Positions 19,059 through 29,462 are shown, counted from the stretch's first letter. The stretch: DNA of 64,000 nucleotides from an uncultured Collinsella sp. (GCA_902490065.1 CABUCL010000006.1:11446-75445), one strand, 5' to 3'. Notes: generated by a model from the letters alone, not told the origin. Program-made: numbers and translations.

Positions 19059-19928
19059 CTACCCTGCCAGATATGTCTCCAGTGCCGGCAAGGTTGCCTC
19101 CGCATCGCGGCGGCCGATCTGATAGATGCGTTCGAGTTCATCGGGCTCGCGGCACAGCGACGGCACCTTCACCGATTCGCTCGGCCGCACCACAAAGATT
19201 TCGCCGGCAGCCTCGCGACGCGCCAGGTCATCGAGCGTAGCATTGTAGACCTCATGCCGATGCTCAAGCGCCGCGACAAACTCCGGGTAGTGACGGAACA
19301 CGCGCCGCAGCATGGGCATCACGCTGTTGGGCTGCTTCACAAAGCCCGCCGGCTGCGTGAGTACCACGATATTGCGGTCATACCCCTGCGCAAACAGCCA
19401 TGCACTGGGAATAGAATCAGCCACGCCACCATCCAGATACTTATGCCCGTCAATAGCAACGGGACGCGTCGCCACGGGAATCGCCGACGATGCCCGGATC
19501 CACTCGATATCCCTCTCGTCGCCATAGGGCAGGTCGTGGTAGACGGCCTTGCCCGTCTCGATATCGGTGCACACGCACGTAAACCGCATAGGACAGGCGC
19601 GATACGCCTCCAAGTCAATGGGATCGCGCTCGATAGGCACCTCGTGATAGGCAAAATCGGCATTGAACATATCGCCGGTCCGCAGCCAGCTTGCTACACC
19701 CGCATAGCGCTTATCGGCACAATAGGCCTTGTTATAGCGAATGGCACGGCCGATCTGGCGCGATTTAAAATTGTAGCCAAACGCCGCGCCCGCCGAGACG
19801 CCCACCATATGGTCGCAGGTCAAACCGTGCTCCATCCAAACGTCGAGCACGCCCGCCGTATACATACCGCGGTAGCCGCCTCCCTCGAGCGCGAGCCCCA
19901 CCGTGCGCGTCATAGTTGACTGTGCCAT
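19059..19928 (-). CDS. Patatin-family phospholipase
   Basis: EGGGYRG, GVSAG and DGG motifs. Confidence 0.9.
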   Translation of the reverse strand: MAQSTMTRTVGLALEGGGYRGMYTAGVLDVWMEHGLTCDHMVGVSAGAAFGYNFKSRQIGRAIRYNKAYCADKRYAGVASWLRTGDMFNADFAYHEVPIERDPIDLEAYRACPMRFTCVCTDIETGKAVYHDLPYGDERDIEWIRASSAIPVATRPVAIDGHKYLDGGVADSIPSAWLFAQGYDRNIVVLTQPAGFVKQPNSVMPMLRRVFRHYPEFVAALEHRHEVYNATLDDLARREAAGEIFVVRPSESVKVPSLCREPDELERIYQIGRRDAEATLPALETYLAG

Positions 19929-20252
19929 GCGACCATCTCCATCCCCACAAATTCAAACGGAACAAGCATACCCGTCAACATATACCGCCCCAGTCGCATT
20001 TTTATCGAACATCGCATCATCGCGCTGCCGTTTGTCGAATAATAGCCACCCACAGCATGTGTACCCCTATATAATTTTGCACTGTTGTTTATACTACTCA
20101 GCAGTTATCAACAGCGAACATTAGCCGGCAAAGTAACCCAACAACGCAGCAAGGCGGGGGCCTGGATACACGCAAAACGCTGAGCAACGATGCGTGTACA
20201 CAACGAGCTCGCCCGACGCAATCCGCTCCGACTTCAGAAAGCCGCTTAGAAC

Positions 20253-22970
20253 ATGGATACTGTCAGCAATTACACCGAAACGCTCGAAAAGACCGTCCGT
20301 GACCTTCTCGAGCGTCAGGAGGATCTGATCAGGACCGCCTTTACCGACCAGCTTACCGGGCTTGGCAACCGTGGCGGCTTTGCCCGTTCCCTCGAGGAGC
20401 TCTGGGAGCAGGACACCCCCGTTACCATGGCGTTCATCGACATCGACAATCTCAAGCACTGCAACGACGTCTTTGGGCATGACGAGGGCAACCGCTATAT
20501 CTTGCAGGTAAGCCTCTATCTCAAACTGTATATGAAAGTGGACGAGGCGGCGTTTCGCATAGGCGGCGACGAGTTTGCCATCCTATCTACGATTGCGACC
20601 GAGGACGACCTCGCCGAGCGTCTGGAACACTGCCGAACGATCCTGCTCAAAAACAACGATTCCGAGATGCCCCACTCGTTTAGCTACGGAGTGGCACACG
20701 CCGACCCCGCCCTGGGCGAAGCCTCCAATCGCATGACACTCGATGCCGACCATCGCATGTACGACTACAAGCTACGTCATGCCATGCACCTCGATCGGCG
20801 CAATATCACGCAAGTCCACGCCGACGACTTCGAAATAAGCGATCGCATTTTTGACGCCTTTTCGATGCTCAACGAGGGCCGTTATTTCTTTATCGAGAAC
20901 TTGGACAAGGACCGCACCCTTTGGTCGCAAGGTGCCTTGCGCGATCTCGGTCTTCCTTCGGAGCACATAGACAGCTGCCGCGATTTCTGGAAGACGCGCG
21001 TCCATCCCGATGACCTCGAGGCCTACGCCAACGACATCAACCAGATCTTTAACGGCTCCAAACACCGCCGCGTCATGCAGTACCGCATGCGCAATGCCGC
21101 GGGTGACTACGTTCTCTGCCGTGCTCGCGGGTTTCGCATCGACGGCGACGGAAATGCCCCCTCGCTCTATGTCGGCGAACTTGTCAACCACTCACTCGCC
21201 GAAACCGTCGACGCCGCTACGGGCCTCGGAACGCAGCGTATGCTGATCAACGCTATCGATGCCTGCCGCCGCGATCGTTGCGAGACGGGGCTTATAGCGG
21301 TGCGCGTTCGTGGCACGACAAAGCTCAACGAGCTCTACGGGGCCGAGGCTGTCGACAACATGCTTGCCGAATACGCAGGCCGTATGCTGTCGATCACCCG
21401 CGGCAGGAGCCGGGTCTACCGTTCACGAAGCGTCCAGTTCGTCGTGCTCAGCAACGATTTGGACCACGAGGCATTCGAGCAACTGACCCGCCACCTTAAA
21501 GAGGCCGTTTTCGCTCCTGTTCAAATCGCAGGCGACGCCATTACTCCCGTCTGTCTTGTCGTACCGGCCTTTTACGAGCACTTAACCCATCAAGCGACCG
21601 CCGTTTTAGGCGAACTCGACCGTCGCCTTCGCACGGCTGGCGGGCTTGTTCCCAACGACAGCCTCCCCATACCCGAGGCGGAGCGCAAAAGCGCCATCGC
21701 CGAACGTATCGACTCGCTCACGGGACTCTATCGACCCAGCGAGTTTATGCGGCGCGCCAACGCATTTCTCGAGGCAAGGCGCGACGGCACCTGGTGCATC
21801 GCCACGGTCGACATGGGCCACATGCGCCTGTTTAATGAATGGCACGGCCAGGCCGAGGGCGACCGCGTACTCGCCGATGTGGGCACGGTCCTCAAGGACA
21901 TCGAGAATGCCGATATGGGCGTCGCAGGGTACTGGGGCCAAGATGACTTTTGCGCACTCATCCCCTTTAAGCGCATCACCGTCCATCAAATCTACAACCG
22001 CGTTCGCGAGGTCGTAGCCAGGCATGATGACGGCGTAGGTTTTTGGCCGTCCATGGGCATTTACCCCATCGACTCCAATGAGGAGATCACCATCGATGCG
22101 CAGGCAAAGGCCATGTTTACCAATCGACGCGCCAAAAACGACTTCAAGGAGCGCATTGCCATTTTCCGCCCCGAAGAATATGAACACGAGATTGCGTTCC
22201 ACCGCACGCTGACCGAGTTCCAGTACGCGCTCTCAAACGGCCGCATCACGTACTACCTGCAGCCCCAGGTCGATATGGAAACCGGCGAGATCATTGGCGC
22301 CGAGGCACTCACCCGCTGGATTGACAAGGACGGCTCTCTCATTTCACCCGCAACGTTTATCCCCGCACTCGAGGAAAGCGGCTTTGTGGTGACGCTCGAC
22401 AAGTACATTTGGCAGGGTGTCGCCTCGTGGCTGCGCGTGCGTCTCGATCGCGGCCTTCGTGTGGTTCCGGTCTCGCTTAATGTGTCGCGCGTGGATATCC
22501 TTGCCTGCGACGTTGCCGAGCATATGGGGGCGCTTGCCGCCCAATACAACCTACCGCCCGAGCTCATGCGTATCGAGATCACCGAGACGGCTTATACGGG
22601 AGAGTCCGAAGCCGTGGACAAACTGACAGCCGACTTGCACACCCGCGGCTTCTCGACCTATATGGACGATTTTGGCACCGGTCAGTCCACGCTCGCGATG
22701 CTCAAGAACGTCAACGTCGACGTCATCAAGCTCGACCGCACCTTTGTGCCCACCGACCGCGATCAAGGCCGCAGCGCGCAGATCGTGTCATCGATGCTCG
22801 AGATGGCGCAGTCGCTCCATCTGCCCATTGTAATCGAAGGCGTCGAGACAGATGAGCAGGCGAACATGCTACGCCACATGGGTGCCCGCTACGCTCAGGG
22901 CTTCCTCTACTACCGCCCCATGCCGGCGAAGGATTTTGAGGCATTGCTCGATGGTGGCAATAACAACTGA
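20253..22970 (+). CDS. GGDEF-PAS-(two degenerate GGDEF)-EAL c-di-GMP protein
   Basis: FRIGGDEF, VHPDD (PAS), YWGQDDF, GAEALTRW, MDDFGTG and IEGVET motifs. Confidence 0.9.
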   Translation: MDTVSNYTETLEKTVRDLLERQEDLIRTAFTDQLTGLGNRGGFARSLEELWEQDTPVTMAFIDIDNLKHCNDVFGHDEGNRYILQVSLYLKLYMKVDEAAFRIGGDEFAILSTIATEDDLAERLEHCRTILLKNNDSEMPHSFSYGVAHADPALGEASNRMTLDADHRMYDYKLRHAMHLDRRNITQVHADDFEISDRIFDAFSMLNEGRYFFIENLDKDRTLWSQGALRDLGLPSEHIDSCRDFWKTRVHPDDLEAYANDINQIFNGSKHRRVMQYRMRNAAGDYVLCRARGFRIDGDGNAPSLYVGELVNHSLAETVDAATGLGTQRMLINAIDACRRDRCETGLIAVRVRGTTKLNELYGAEAVDNMLAEYAGRMLSITRGRSRVYRSRSVQFVVLSNDLDHEAFEQLTRHLKEAVFAPVQIAGDAITPVCLVVPAFYEHLTHQATAVLGELDRRLRTAGGLVPNDSLPIPEAERKSAIAERIDSLTGLYRPSEFMRRANAFLEARRDGTWCIATVDMGHMRLFNEWHGQAEGDRVLADVGTVLKDIENADMGVAGYWGQDDFCALIPFKRITVHQIYNRVREVVARHDDGVGFWPSMGIYPIDSNEEITIDAQAKAMFTNRRAKNDFKERIAIFRPEEYEHEIAFHRTLTEFQYALSNGRITYYLQPQVDMETGEIIGAEALTRWIDKDGSLISPATFIPALEESGFVVTLDKYIWQGVASWLRVRLDRGLRVVPVSLNVSRVDILACDVAEHMGALAAQYNLPPELMRIEITETAYTGESEAVDKLTADLHTRGFSTYMDDFGTGQSTLAMLKNVNVDVIKLDRTFVPTDRDQGRSAQIVSSMLEMAQSLHLPIVIEGVETDEQANMLRHMGARYAQGFLYYRPMPAKDFEALLDGGNNN

Positions 22971-23097
22971 TACGCTCGCGCGCAAAACGCCACCGTCGAA
23001 GGGGGCATTTGTCTCCATTAGCTAACTTATTACCCCAATTCAAACCGAATTGGGGATATGATACAAACCGTTGTTCCGCCCAAGGAGGTTATCCATC

Positions 23098-24627
23098 ATG
23101 AACGAGTCATATCGCCTGGGTGAGCAATCGATTATTGCCTATCTTCAGCGACTTGCGAATGGCATCTCGACCGCCGAACTCGATGTTGCCGCGCTGCCTG
23201 CTGAGCTGCGCGCCGTTGGCGAGCAACTGCAAAAGACGCATGCCATCCTGCAACAAGAGCGCCGGCTGCTTGAGAGCAACGCCTATATCGACCCGCTCAC
23301 CAACTTGGGCAACCGCGGCGGACTCGACCGTCACGTCGAGCAACTCTGGCACAAAGGTGACCCCTTCACCTGCGCCTATATTGACATCGACCATCTCAAA
23401 CATTGCAATGATAGGTTTGGCCACGCCGAAGGCAATCGCTATATTCTGAGCATCTGCCGCACGCTCTCCGAAACCATGGAGCACGATGAGATGCTGTTCC
23501 GCATCGGTGGAGACGAGTTTGTGCTCATCTCGCTCTCCGCAAACGAGACCGAACTCGAGCAGCGCTTGGAGCGGGTACGTGCCGGGCTGATCGAGGCGAG
23601 CTCAAGTGGCAAGGCGCCCATGATCGCCAGCTTTAGCTTTGGCTGCTCGCGCGTCGATCCACTTGCCGGCGACACGCGTCGCCAGATGACGATGGATGCC
23701 GATCGCAAGATGTATCGCTATAAGCTTATGCATCGTGTGCAGCAACCGAAAGACAATGACGCGCCGCAACGCCCAATCGTCGATCAGCTTCCCTGCAACG
23801 ACCGGGTGTTCCAAGCGATCTCCATGAGCTCCGAGACGCGCTATCCGTTCATCCTTAACCTCGATACGGGAGAATCGCAATGGTCGGTTAACGCCGTGCG
23901 CGATTTTGACCTGCCCTCCCAGCACCCTTTTAACTCACTCGACATGTGGCTCGCCCGCGTTCATCCCGAGGACCGCGACAACGTACGCGCCGAGCTCGAC
24001 ATGGTGATAAACGGCACGTGGCACTTCCACTACATGCAGTATCGCGTAATGGATGCCACCGGAAAATACGTGCTTTGCGACTGCACAGGTTACCACTTGG
24101 ACGGCACCGATACCGAGCCCAGCATGTATGTGGGCACTATCATCAACCGAAGCTTGGCAGATACGACCGACTCGGTAACGGGCCTGGGCGATGTCCACGC
24201 GCTGGTCAACGCTATTGGAGAGATGCGCCGCGTGGCGCGCGAGGCAGGCTTTATTGCCATTAAGGTCGACGATATCGCCGAAGTCAATGCCCGCTTTGGA
24301 TTCGATGCAGGCGACCGCGTGCTCGCCGAAAGTGCCGCCTGCCTCATGGATTGTTCGCGCGGCAAGGGTCGCCTGTTCCGCTCGACGGGACCAATGTTCG
24401 TGGCGCTTTTCGATGAGCTCGGCCCCGAGGCAATCGACGAGCTCGCAAACGAAATCGAACGATTCCTGGGTTCTCCCGTGCTCATCGGCTCGCTTGAATA
24501 TCAGCCGCCCATTCGCGTGGCCACGCTCCATCTGAACAGCGTTGACCGACAGCCCGTTTCCATTTTGAACGAGCTCAAAGCGTTGCTCGGTAAAGCCGTG
24601 CAGGTTCCAGGTACCAAACTGGATTAG
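23098..24627 (+). CDS. Diguanylate cyclase GGDEF-PAS-degenerate GGDEF
   Basis: DPLTNLGNR, FRIGGDEF and VHPEDR; ATG after AAGGAGG. Confidence 0.88.
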   Translation: MNESYRLGEQSIIAYLQRLANGISTAELDVAALPAELRAVGEQLQKTHAILQQERRLLESNAYIDPLTNLGNRGGLDRHVEQLWHKGDPFTCAYIDIDHLKHCNDRFGHAEGNRYILSICRTLSETMEHDEMLFRIGGDEFVLISLSANETELEQRLERVRAGLIEASSSGKAPMIASFSFGCSRVDPLAGDTRRQMTMDADRKMYRYKLMHRVQQPKDNDAPQRPIVDQLPCNDRVFQAISMSSETRYPFILNLDTGESQWSVNAVRDFDLPSQHPFNSLDMWLARVHPEDRDNVRAELDMVINGTWHFHYMQYRVMDATGKYVLCDCTGYHLDGTDTEPSMYVGTIINRSLADTTDSVTGLGDVHALVNAIGEMRRVAREAGFIAIKVDDIAEVNARFGFDAGDRVLAESAACLMDCSRGKGRLFRSTGPMFVALFDELGPEAIDELANEIERFLGSPVLIGSLEYQPPIRVATLHLNSVDRQPVSILNELKALLGKAVQVPGTKLD

Positions 24628-24701
24628 CACCGCGCCCGCACCGCCTCCCCCATCGTGCGATAATCCTCTGCAGAAGTCACCAACAGCAGAGGGAGTTTGT
24701 G

Positions 24702-25325
24702 ATGAAGGTTCTTTTGGTCAATGGCAGTCCCAAGGCAAACGGCAACACCGCCCGCGCACTCGCCGAAGTCGCCGAGCAACTCAACGCCGAGGGTATCGAT
24801 ACCGAGGTGTTCCAGCTGGGCGCCAAGCCCATTCGCGACTGCATTGGCTGTGGCCAGTGCGGCAAGCTCGATTGCCGCTGCACCTTTGACGACGACGTGG
24901 TGAACGAGCTGATCGCTGCCGCCGAGCAGGCAGATGGCTTTGTCTTTGGCTCCCCCGTCTACTATGCGCATCCCAGCGGACGCATCCTTTCGGCCCTCGA
25001 CCGCGCATTCTATGCTGGCAGCAAGGCCTTTGCGCACAAGCCGGGTGCCGCGGTCGCCGTCGCCCGCCGTGGCGGCACGTCGACCACCTTCGATGTACTC
25101 AACAAGTACTTCACTATCAACCAGATGCCCGTGGTGGCCTCCACGTACTGGAACAACGTCTTTGGTGCCATGCCGGGCGAGGCCACCCAGGACGCCGAGG
25201 GCCTGGCCACCATGCGAAACATCGGCAAAAACATGGCCTGGCTCCTGCGCTGTATCGAGGCAGGACAGGCCGCCGGTATCAACGCACCCGAGGCAGATCG
25301 AGCAACGACCAACTTCATTCGATAG
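24702..25325 (+). CDS. Iron-sulfur flavoprotein / flavodoxin family
   Basis: NGSPKANGNT, CIGCGQC...C and FGSPVYY motifs. Confidence 0.9.
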   Translation: MKVLLVNGSPKANGNTARALAEVAEQLNAEGIDTEVFQLGAKPIRDCIGCGQCGKLDCRCTFDDDVVNELIAAAEQADGFVFGSPVYYAHPSGRILSALDRAFYAGSKAFAHKPGAAVAVARRGGTSTTFDVLNKYFTINQMPVVASTYWNNVFGAMPGEATQDAEGLATMRNIGKNMAWLLRCIEAGQAAGINAPEADRATTNFIR

Positions 25326-25336
25326 AGCGGCGGAGC

Positions 25337-25678
25337 ATGAATATCCAGATTTTTGGAACCAAAAAGTCTTTCGATACCAAGAAGGCCCAGCGCTATTTTA
25401 AGGAGCGCCGCATTAAGGTGCAGTTTATTGACCTTAGGGAAAAGGAGATGAGCAAGGGCGAGCTCACGAGCGTGATGCAGGCGGTCGGCGGCATCGACAA
25501 GCTGCTCAACCCCAAGGCCAAGGACGAGGAGACGCTCGCGCTCATCCAGCACCTTACCCCTAGCCAGCGCTTCGACAAACTGCTCGAAAACCAGCAGGTT
25601 CTAGCCGAACCCATCGTGCGCAACGGCAAAAAGGCCACCGTCGGTTATTGCCCCGATGTATGGGGAGCCTGGGAGTAG
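25337..25678 (+). CDS. ArsC/Spx-like family protein
   Basis: MNIQIFGTKKSFDTKKAQRYFKER...PIVRNG; lacks the catalytic Cys. Confidence 0.8.
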   Translation: MNIQIFGTKKSFDTKKAQRYFKERRIKVQFIDLREKEMSKGELTSVMQAVGGIDKLLNPKAKDEETLALIQHLTPSQRFDKLLENQQVLAEPIVRNGKKATVGYCPDVWGAWE

Positions 25679-25764
25679 CCTGTGTTATTTGCCGGCGCGT
25701 GGGTATAAGAGCAGGCGTTTGGCATAAGATTCAACTGTAAGCCATGTCTAACAAAGGAGGGCAC

Positions 25765-26895
25765 ATGCCCAACAAACCCGTGAAGATCATCATGCTTACC
25801 GGATACCTCGGTGCCGGCAAGACCACGCTGCTCAACCACATCCTCGCTAACGACGGCGGCATCCGCGCCGCCGTGATCGTCAACGATATCGGCGAGATCA
25901 ATGTCGACGCCAGTCTTATCGCCGACGGCGGCCTTTCCGAGACCGACGACCTCATCCCGCTCACCAACGGCTGCATCTGCTGCACGCTTTCGGACGACCT
26001 GGCCAACCAGCTGCAGGGCATTGCCGATTCGGGCAAGTTCGACTACATCATCATCGAGGCATCGGGTATTTGCGAGCCTATCCCCATCGCCTACACCATC
26101 TCGAGCTTCTGCGACGAGGCCAAGGTGGGCGGCGAGCCCAAGCTCGCGCTCGACAACATCGTGGCCGTGGTCGACTGCGCCCGCATGTACGACGAGTTCA
26201 ACGGCGGTCGCGACCTGCTGGCTGAGGATATCGACGAGGACGACATCGAAAGCCTGCTCATCCAGCAAATCGAGTTCTGCTCCACGCTGATCCTTAACAA
26301 GACCGATACCGTGACGCCCGAGCAGATCGCCGAGCTCAAGGCCATCGTGCGCAGCCTGCAGAAGGACGCCGTGATCGTCGAGGCCCAAAACGGCGAGGTC
26401 CCCATGGAGGAGCTGCTCGATACCGACCGCTTCGACTTTATGCGCGCCTACAACTCCGCCGCCTGGATCGAGGCCATGGAGCATCCCGAGGAGCACGACG
26501 ACCCCGAAGTGCTCGAGTACGACATCGAGACCTTTGTGTACTCGCGCCGCAAGCCGTTTGACCTGCAGAAGTTCACTGATTTTGTTGAGCAGGAGTGGCC
26601 CGACGAGGTCATCCGCGTCAAGGGTCCGCTGTGGCAGACCGGTGATCCGGACATGTGCTACATGTTTGAGCAGGCCGGCCACCAGATGCGCCTGATGGAG
26701 AACGGCCTGTTCGTTGACTCCGCGCCCGAGGGCGAGAAGCAGAAGATCATCGACGAGAACCCCGAGATCATGCAAATTTGGGACGACGAGACGGGCGACC
26801 GCATGACGAGCCTGTGCATCATCGGCCGTCACATGGACAAGGACGCGCTCATCGCCTCCCTCGATGCCTGCCTGACCGACTGGCACCGCGCCTAG
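25765..26895 (+). CDS. CobW/COG0523 metallochaperone GTPase
   Basis: GYLGAGKTT, GCICC, EASG, NKTD and RVKG motifs. Confidence 0.92.
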   Translation: MPNKPVKIIMLTGYLGAGKTTLLNHILANDGGIRAAVIVNDIGEINVDASLIADGGLSETDDLIPLTNGCICCTLSDDLANQLQGIADSGKFDYIIIEASGICEPIPIAYTISSFCDEAKVGGEPKLALDNIVAVVDCARMYDEFNGGRDLLAEDIDEDDIESLLIQQIEFCSTLILNKTDTVTPEQIAELKAIVRSLQKDAVIVEAQNGEVPMEELLDTDRFDFMRAYNSAAWIEAMEHPEEHDDPEVLEYDIETFVYSRRKPFDLQKFTDFVEQEWPDEVIRVKGPLWQTGDPDMCYMFEQAGHQMRLMENGLFVDSAPEGEKQKIIDENPEIMQIWDDETGDRMTSLCIIGRHMDKDALIASLDACLTDWHRA

Positions 26896-26934
26896 GTTTA
26901 TCCAAGCGGGCATTTTTCCGCCTATGTAACTGCC

Positions 26935-26969
26935 AAACCACCACGAAGGTGCCCTTCGTGGTGGTTTTT
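26935..26969 (+). terminator. Intrinsic terminator
   Basis: AAACCACCACGAAGG/CCTTCGTGGTGGTTT plus TT. Confidence 0.75.
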
Positions 26970-26990
26970 CGTTCTGAGCCAAGGAGATTC

Positions 26991-27590
26991 ATGTTCAACA
27001 TTGTGCTGTATGCGCCCGAGATTCCGGCCAATACGGGCAATATCGGCCGCACCTGCGTGGTTACCGGCACCCGCCTGCATCTGGTGGAGCCGCTGGGGTT
27101 TTCGCTCGACGACAAGACGGTACGTCGCGCCGGCCTGGGCTACTGGCAAAACTTGGACGTGACGACCTATGCCGGCTGGGAGGACTTCCTTGCGCGCAAT
27201 GACCTCTCCCCTGCCGACGAACGCCTGCATCTGCTGACCAAAAAGGCACGCCGCACCTATGCGCAGAGTACCTACCGCGATGGCGACTACTTGGTCTTTG
27301 GCAGCGAGAGCTCGGGCATTCCCGAGGAGCTACTCGCTGCAGCGCCCACGTGCTGCGAGCGCATCCCGATGCTGCGCGATTGCGATTCGCTTGACAACGC
27401 CGAGGCCTGGGAAACCCACGAGGAATCGCTGGGGCATACCGAGGACAGCCACGAGGCCATCCTTCAACAGGACATCTGCGGCAACTTCGTCAATCCGAAC
27501 GACTACCGCATCAGCGCACTCAACCTCTCCAACAGCGCCGCCATCGTCCTCTACGAAGCCCTGCGCCAAACAGGCTTTGCCGGCATGTAA
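26991..27590 (+). CDS. trmL: tRNA (cytidine/uridine-34 2'-O)-methyltransferase
   Basis: PEIPANTGNIGRTC, RRAGLGYW, FGSESSG, RIPM and LNLSNS SPOUT motifs. Confidence 0.92.
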   Translation: MFNIVLYAPEIPANTGNIGRTCVVTGTRLHLVEPLGFSLDDKTVRRAGLGYWQNLDVTTYAGWEDFLARNDLSPADERLHLLTKKARRTYAQSTYRDGDYLVFGSESSGIPEELLAAAPTCCERIPMLRDCDSLDNAEAWETHEESLGHTEDSHEAILQQDICGNFVNPNDYRISALNLSNSAAIVLYEALRQTGFAGM

Positions 27591-27665
27591 AATCTGCCAT
27601 TAGGAGACGGGGTAGAAATGGTAGACTTTCAAACTCTCTAGTCCTTGACAAAATGGTTTTGACAT

Positions 27666-27702
27666 CAAATGCGGCAAAGGGACAGTCCCTTTGCCGCATT
27701 TG
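27666..27702. repeat. Perfect palindrome, REP-like; may also act as a terminator
   Basis: CAAATGCGGCAAAGGGAC-A-GTCCCTTTGCCGCATTTG; relatives at 32632, 36359 and 63889. Confidence 0.7.
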
Positions 27703-27719
27703 GCTGCTAACAATTCACG

Positions 27720-28781
27720 TCAGAATTCAACTTCAAATACAAACGACTGCCGAAGTTCTCGCTTAGCTTGGCTTGTCAGGCTCGAATTCGCCCTTATGTT
27801 CAGCTTGCTGCATGCCTCATCGATAGCCATAGCAAGCGATACTGACATGGTCATGGTCGTCTCGCTTTTCAATTCAACCCGATAACTCTTCGCCTTGTTT
27901 TTATCCTCTCCACCGCATCTCGTTTCGATTAACAAGAGAATGTCAGAGTCATGGGCATACCAATGGAGTTCAGGGCGCTGTGGAACCATGTCTCCCTCGA
28001 ATTCCTGTGTAAACAGGATTTTCTTCTCATTTCTCGTTAAATCGCTCAAAGAGCCGTTGATTCGAGCCGAGCCCTTCTTTCCCGCTTTGGCATTTCCCTT
28101 AACCTGGTGGCCTCTCCGAGTTTCCTCGTACTCCGTCACCTCCAACTTGCAGCGCTTCGCGCCAAGCATGAACGCAATCCGTCTCAACTCGGCCATCTTG
28201 TCTTGTTGCATGGTTGCGAAATAGGAGTCAAGATCAACAAAGCGAGACCGATCAAAAGCATCTATGTAATATGTGGAATAAAGAGATGGTTTAGGGTAGA
28301 AAGACAGCTCGCTATCCCCAATTGCTTCGCGGTACAAATTGAAAATCTGCGTGCCCTTAACAGTATCCAACCAACCAATAGCATCCCTACAGACATCGAT
28401 GTCCCGACGCTCATTTCCGTCAACAATTCGAATCATGTTCGGCAAATGGAATGAAGGGCTCTGATAGACCTCTTTGGTTACAGGCCTGTACCTATTGAGC
28501 TGTTGCTGGTATGCCCAATCGTTGACGGCGTCACCAATATCCGCAGCAGCACCTGCCGCACCATCGGCCGCATCAGCAATAGCCGCCAAGGCGTCATCGA
28601 CCATCGGAGTTGCAGCACGCATTGCACCATCGGCAACTTTCTGTACGGTTGCAACCGCGCCCGCCATCGCGCTTCCGGCGCCATCAACCAACCCAGCAGC
28701 GGCCTTACGGATATCAAAACTCTGCTTATGTCGCGACAGCTCCTCCCTTTCGACAACAGCTAGATCGTCTTTATCCTCCAT
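27720..28781 (-). CDS. Hypothetical protein (Ala/Asp/Gly-rich N-terminus, beta-rich C-terminus)
   Basis: 353-aa ORF with GGAGGT RBS, 9 bp downstream of the DUF4230 gene; visibly lower GC. Confidence 0.75.
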   Translation of the reverse strand: MEDKDDLAVVEREELSRHKQSFDIRKAAAGLVDGAGSAMAGAVATVQKVADGAMRAATPMVDDALAAIADAADGAAGAAADIGDAVNDWAYQQQLNRYRPVTKEVYQSPSFHLPNMIRIVDGNERRDIDVCRDAIGWLDTVKGTQIFNLYREAIGDSELSFYPKPSLYSTYYIDAFDRSRFVDLDSYFATMQQDKMAELRRIAFMLGAKRCKLEVTEYEETRRGHQVKGNAKAGKKGSARINGSLSDLTRNEKKILFTQEFEGDMVPQRPELHWYAHDSDILLLIETRCGGEDKNKAKSYRVELKSETTMTMSVSLAMAIDEACSKLNIRANSSLTSQAKRELRQSFVFEVEF

Positions 28782-28790
28782 AGTGACCTC

Positions 28791-29462
28791 CTATTTCCGA
28801 TAGTCGAAATCAACCGTATATTCATCGCCAAATGCCGAGTTGAACATCGCACGGATATTTGCTTCGGCGTTCACTCGAGCCTCTTCGAGCAGCTTGCCAT
28901 CCTTGATGGCCTCGCTTTCACTCCGCTCCTTGCACTGCGCTTCAAACGCCGTGACGTCTTTGACCTCAATGGGATTGAGGATGTTGTTGCGTTCCTCGAG
29001 AGCACCCGACTTATTCATATCCGGCGTGTTCGAGATTACATAAGGCTCATCCATCGTAATGGTCAGCTTTTTCTTGTTTGTATGTATCTCTGCCGTCTCG
29101 AGATTCACACCCGCCTTAATGGTTCCCACATAGCGGTACCAAAAGCTGTTTTCCGTAAACGGGATATCAAACCAATCGAAAAACCTCTTGGTATCCGTCA
29201 CCTTATCGACAATCGCATAGTTCTGCGATGCAGAAACCATCTCGTTCTGGGAAGCGATGCGTTCAAACACGACCGACGGGGAAAGCGTATTGGGGGTCGT
29301 TTCTTTCGCGCCCGCAGCTTTGCCGTTATTAAAGATGGTAATGAAAAGTACAGCCACAATCACTCCACCAAGCGCCAGGCCCGCAAAGAATACCTTGGGC
29401 TTTGTCAGGATTCTCCCGAGTTTCGCTTTCAGCGCCCCCATGCCTTCCTCTATCTCATCCAT
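28791..29462 (-). CDS. DUF4230-domain membrane-anchored protein
   Basis: One N-terminal TM helix; YVGTIKAGVNL and LLEEARVNAE match the DUF4230 pattern. Confidence 0.75.
   Translation of the reverse strand: MDEIEEGMGALKAKLGRILTKPKVFFAGLALGGVIVAVLFITIFNNGKAAGAKETTPNTLSPSVVFERIASQNEMVSASQNYAIVDKVTDTKRFFDWFDIPFTENSFWYRYVGTIKAGVNLETAEIHTNKKKLTITMDEPYVISNTPDMNKSGALEERNNILNPIEVKDVTAFEAQCKERSESEAIKDGKLLEEARVNAEANIRAMFNSAFGDEYTVDFDYRK

Noticed and set aside
20190..20249. 19-codon ORF in frame with the GGDEF/EAL gene, separated by one TAG (leader peptide or nonsense mutation)
   Set aside because: No clear RBS and no similarity to the paralogue's N-terminus; cannot be told from chance without homologues.
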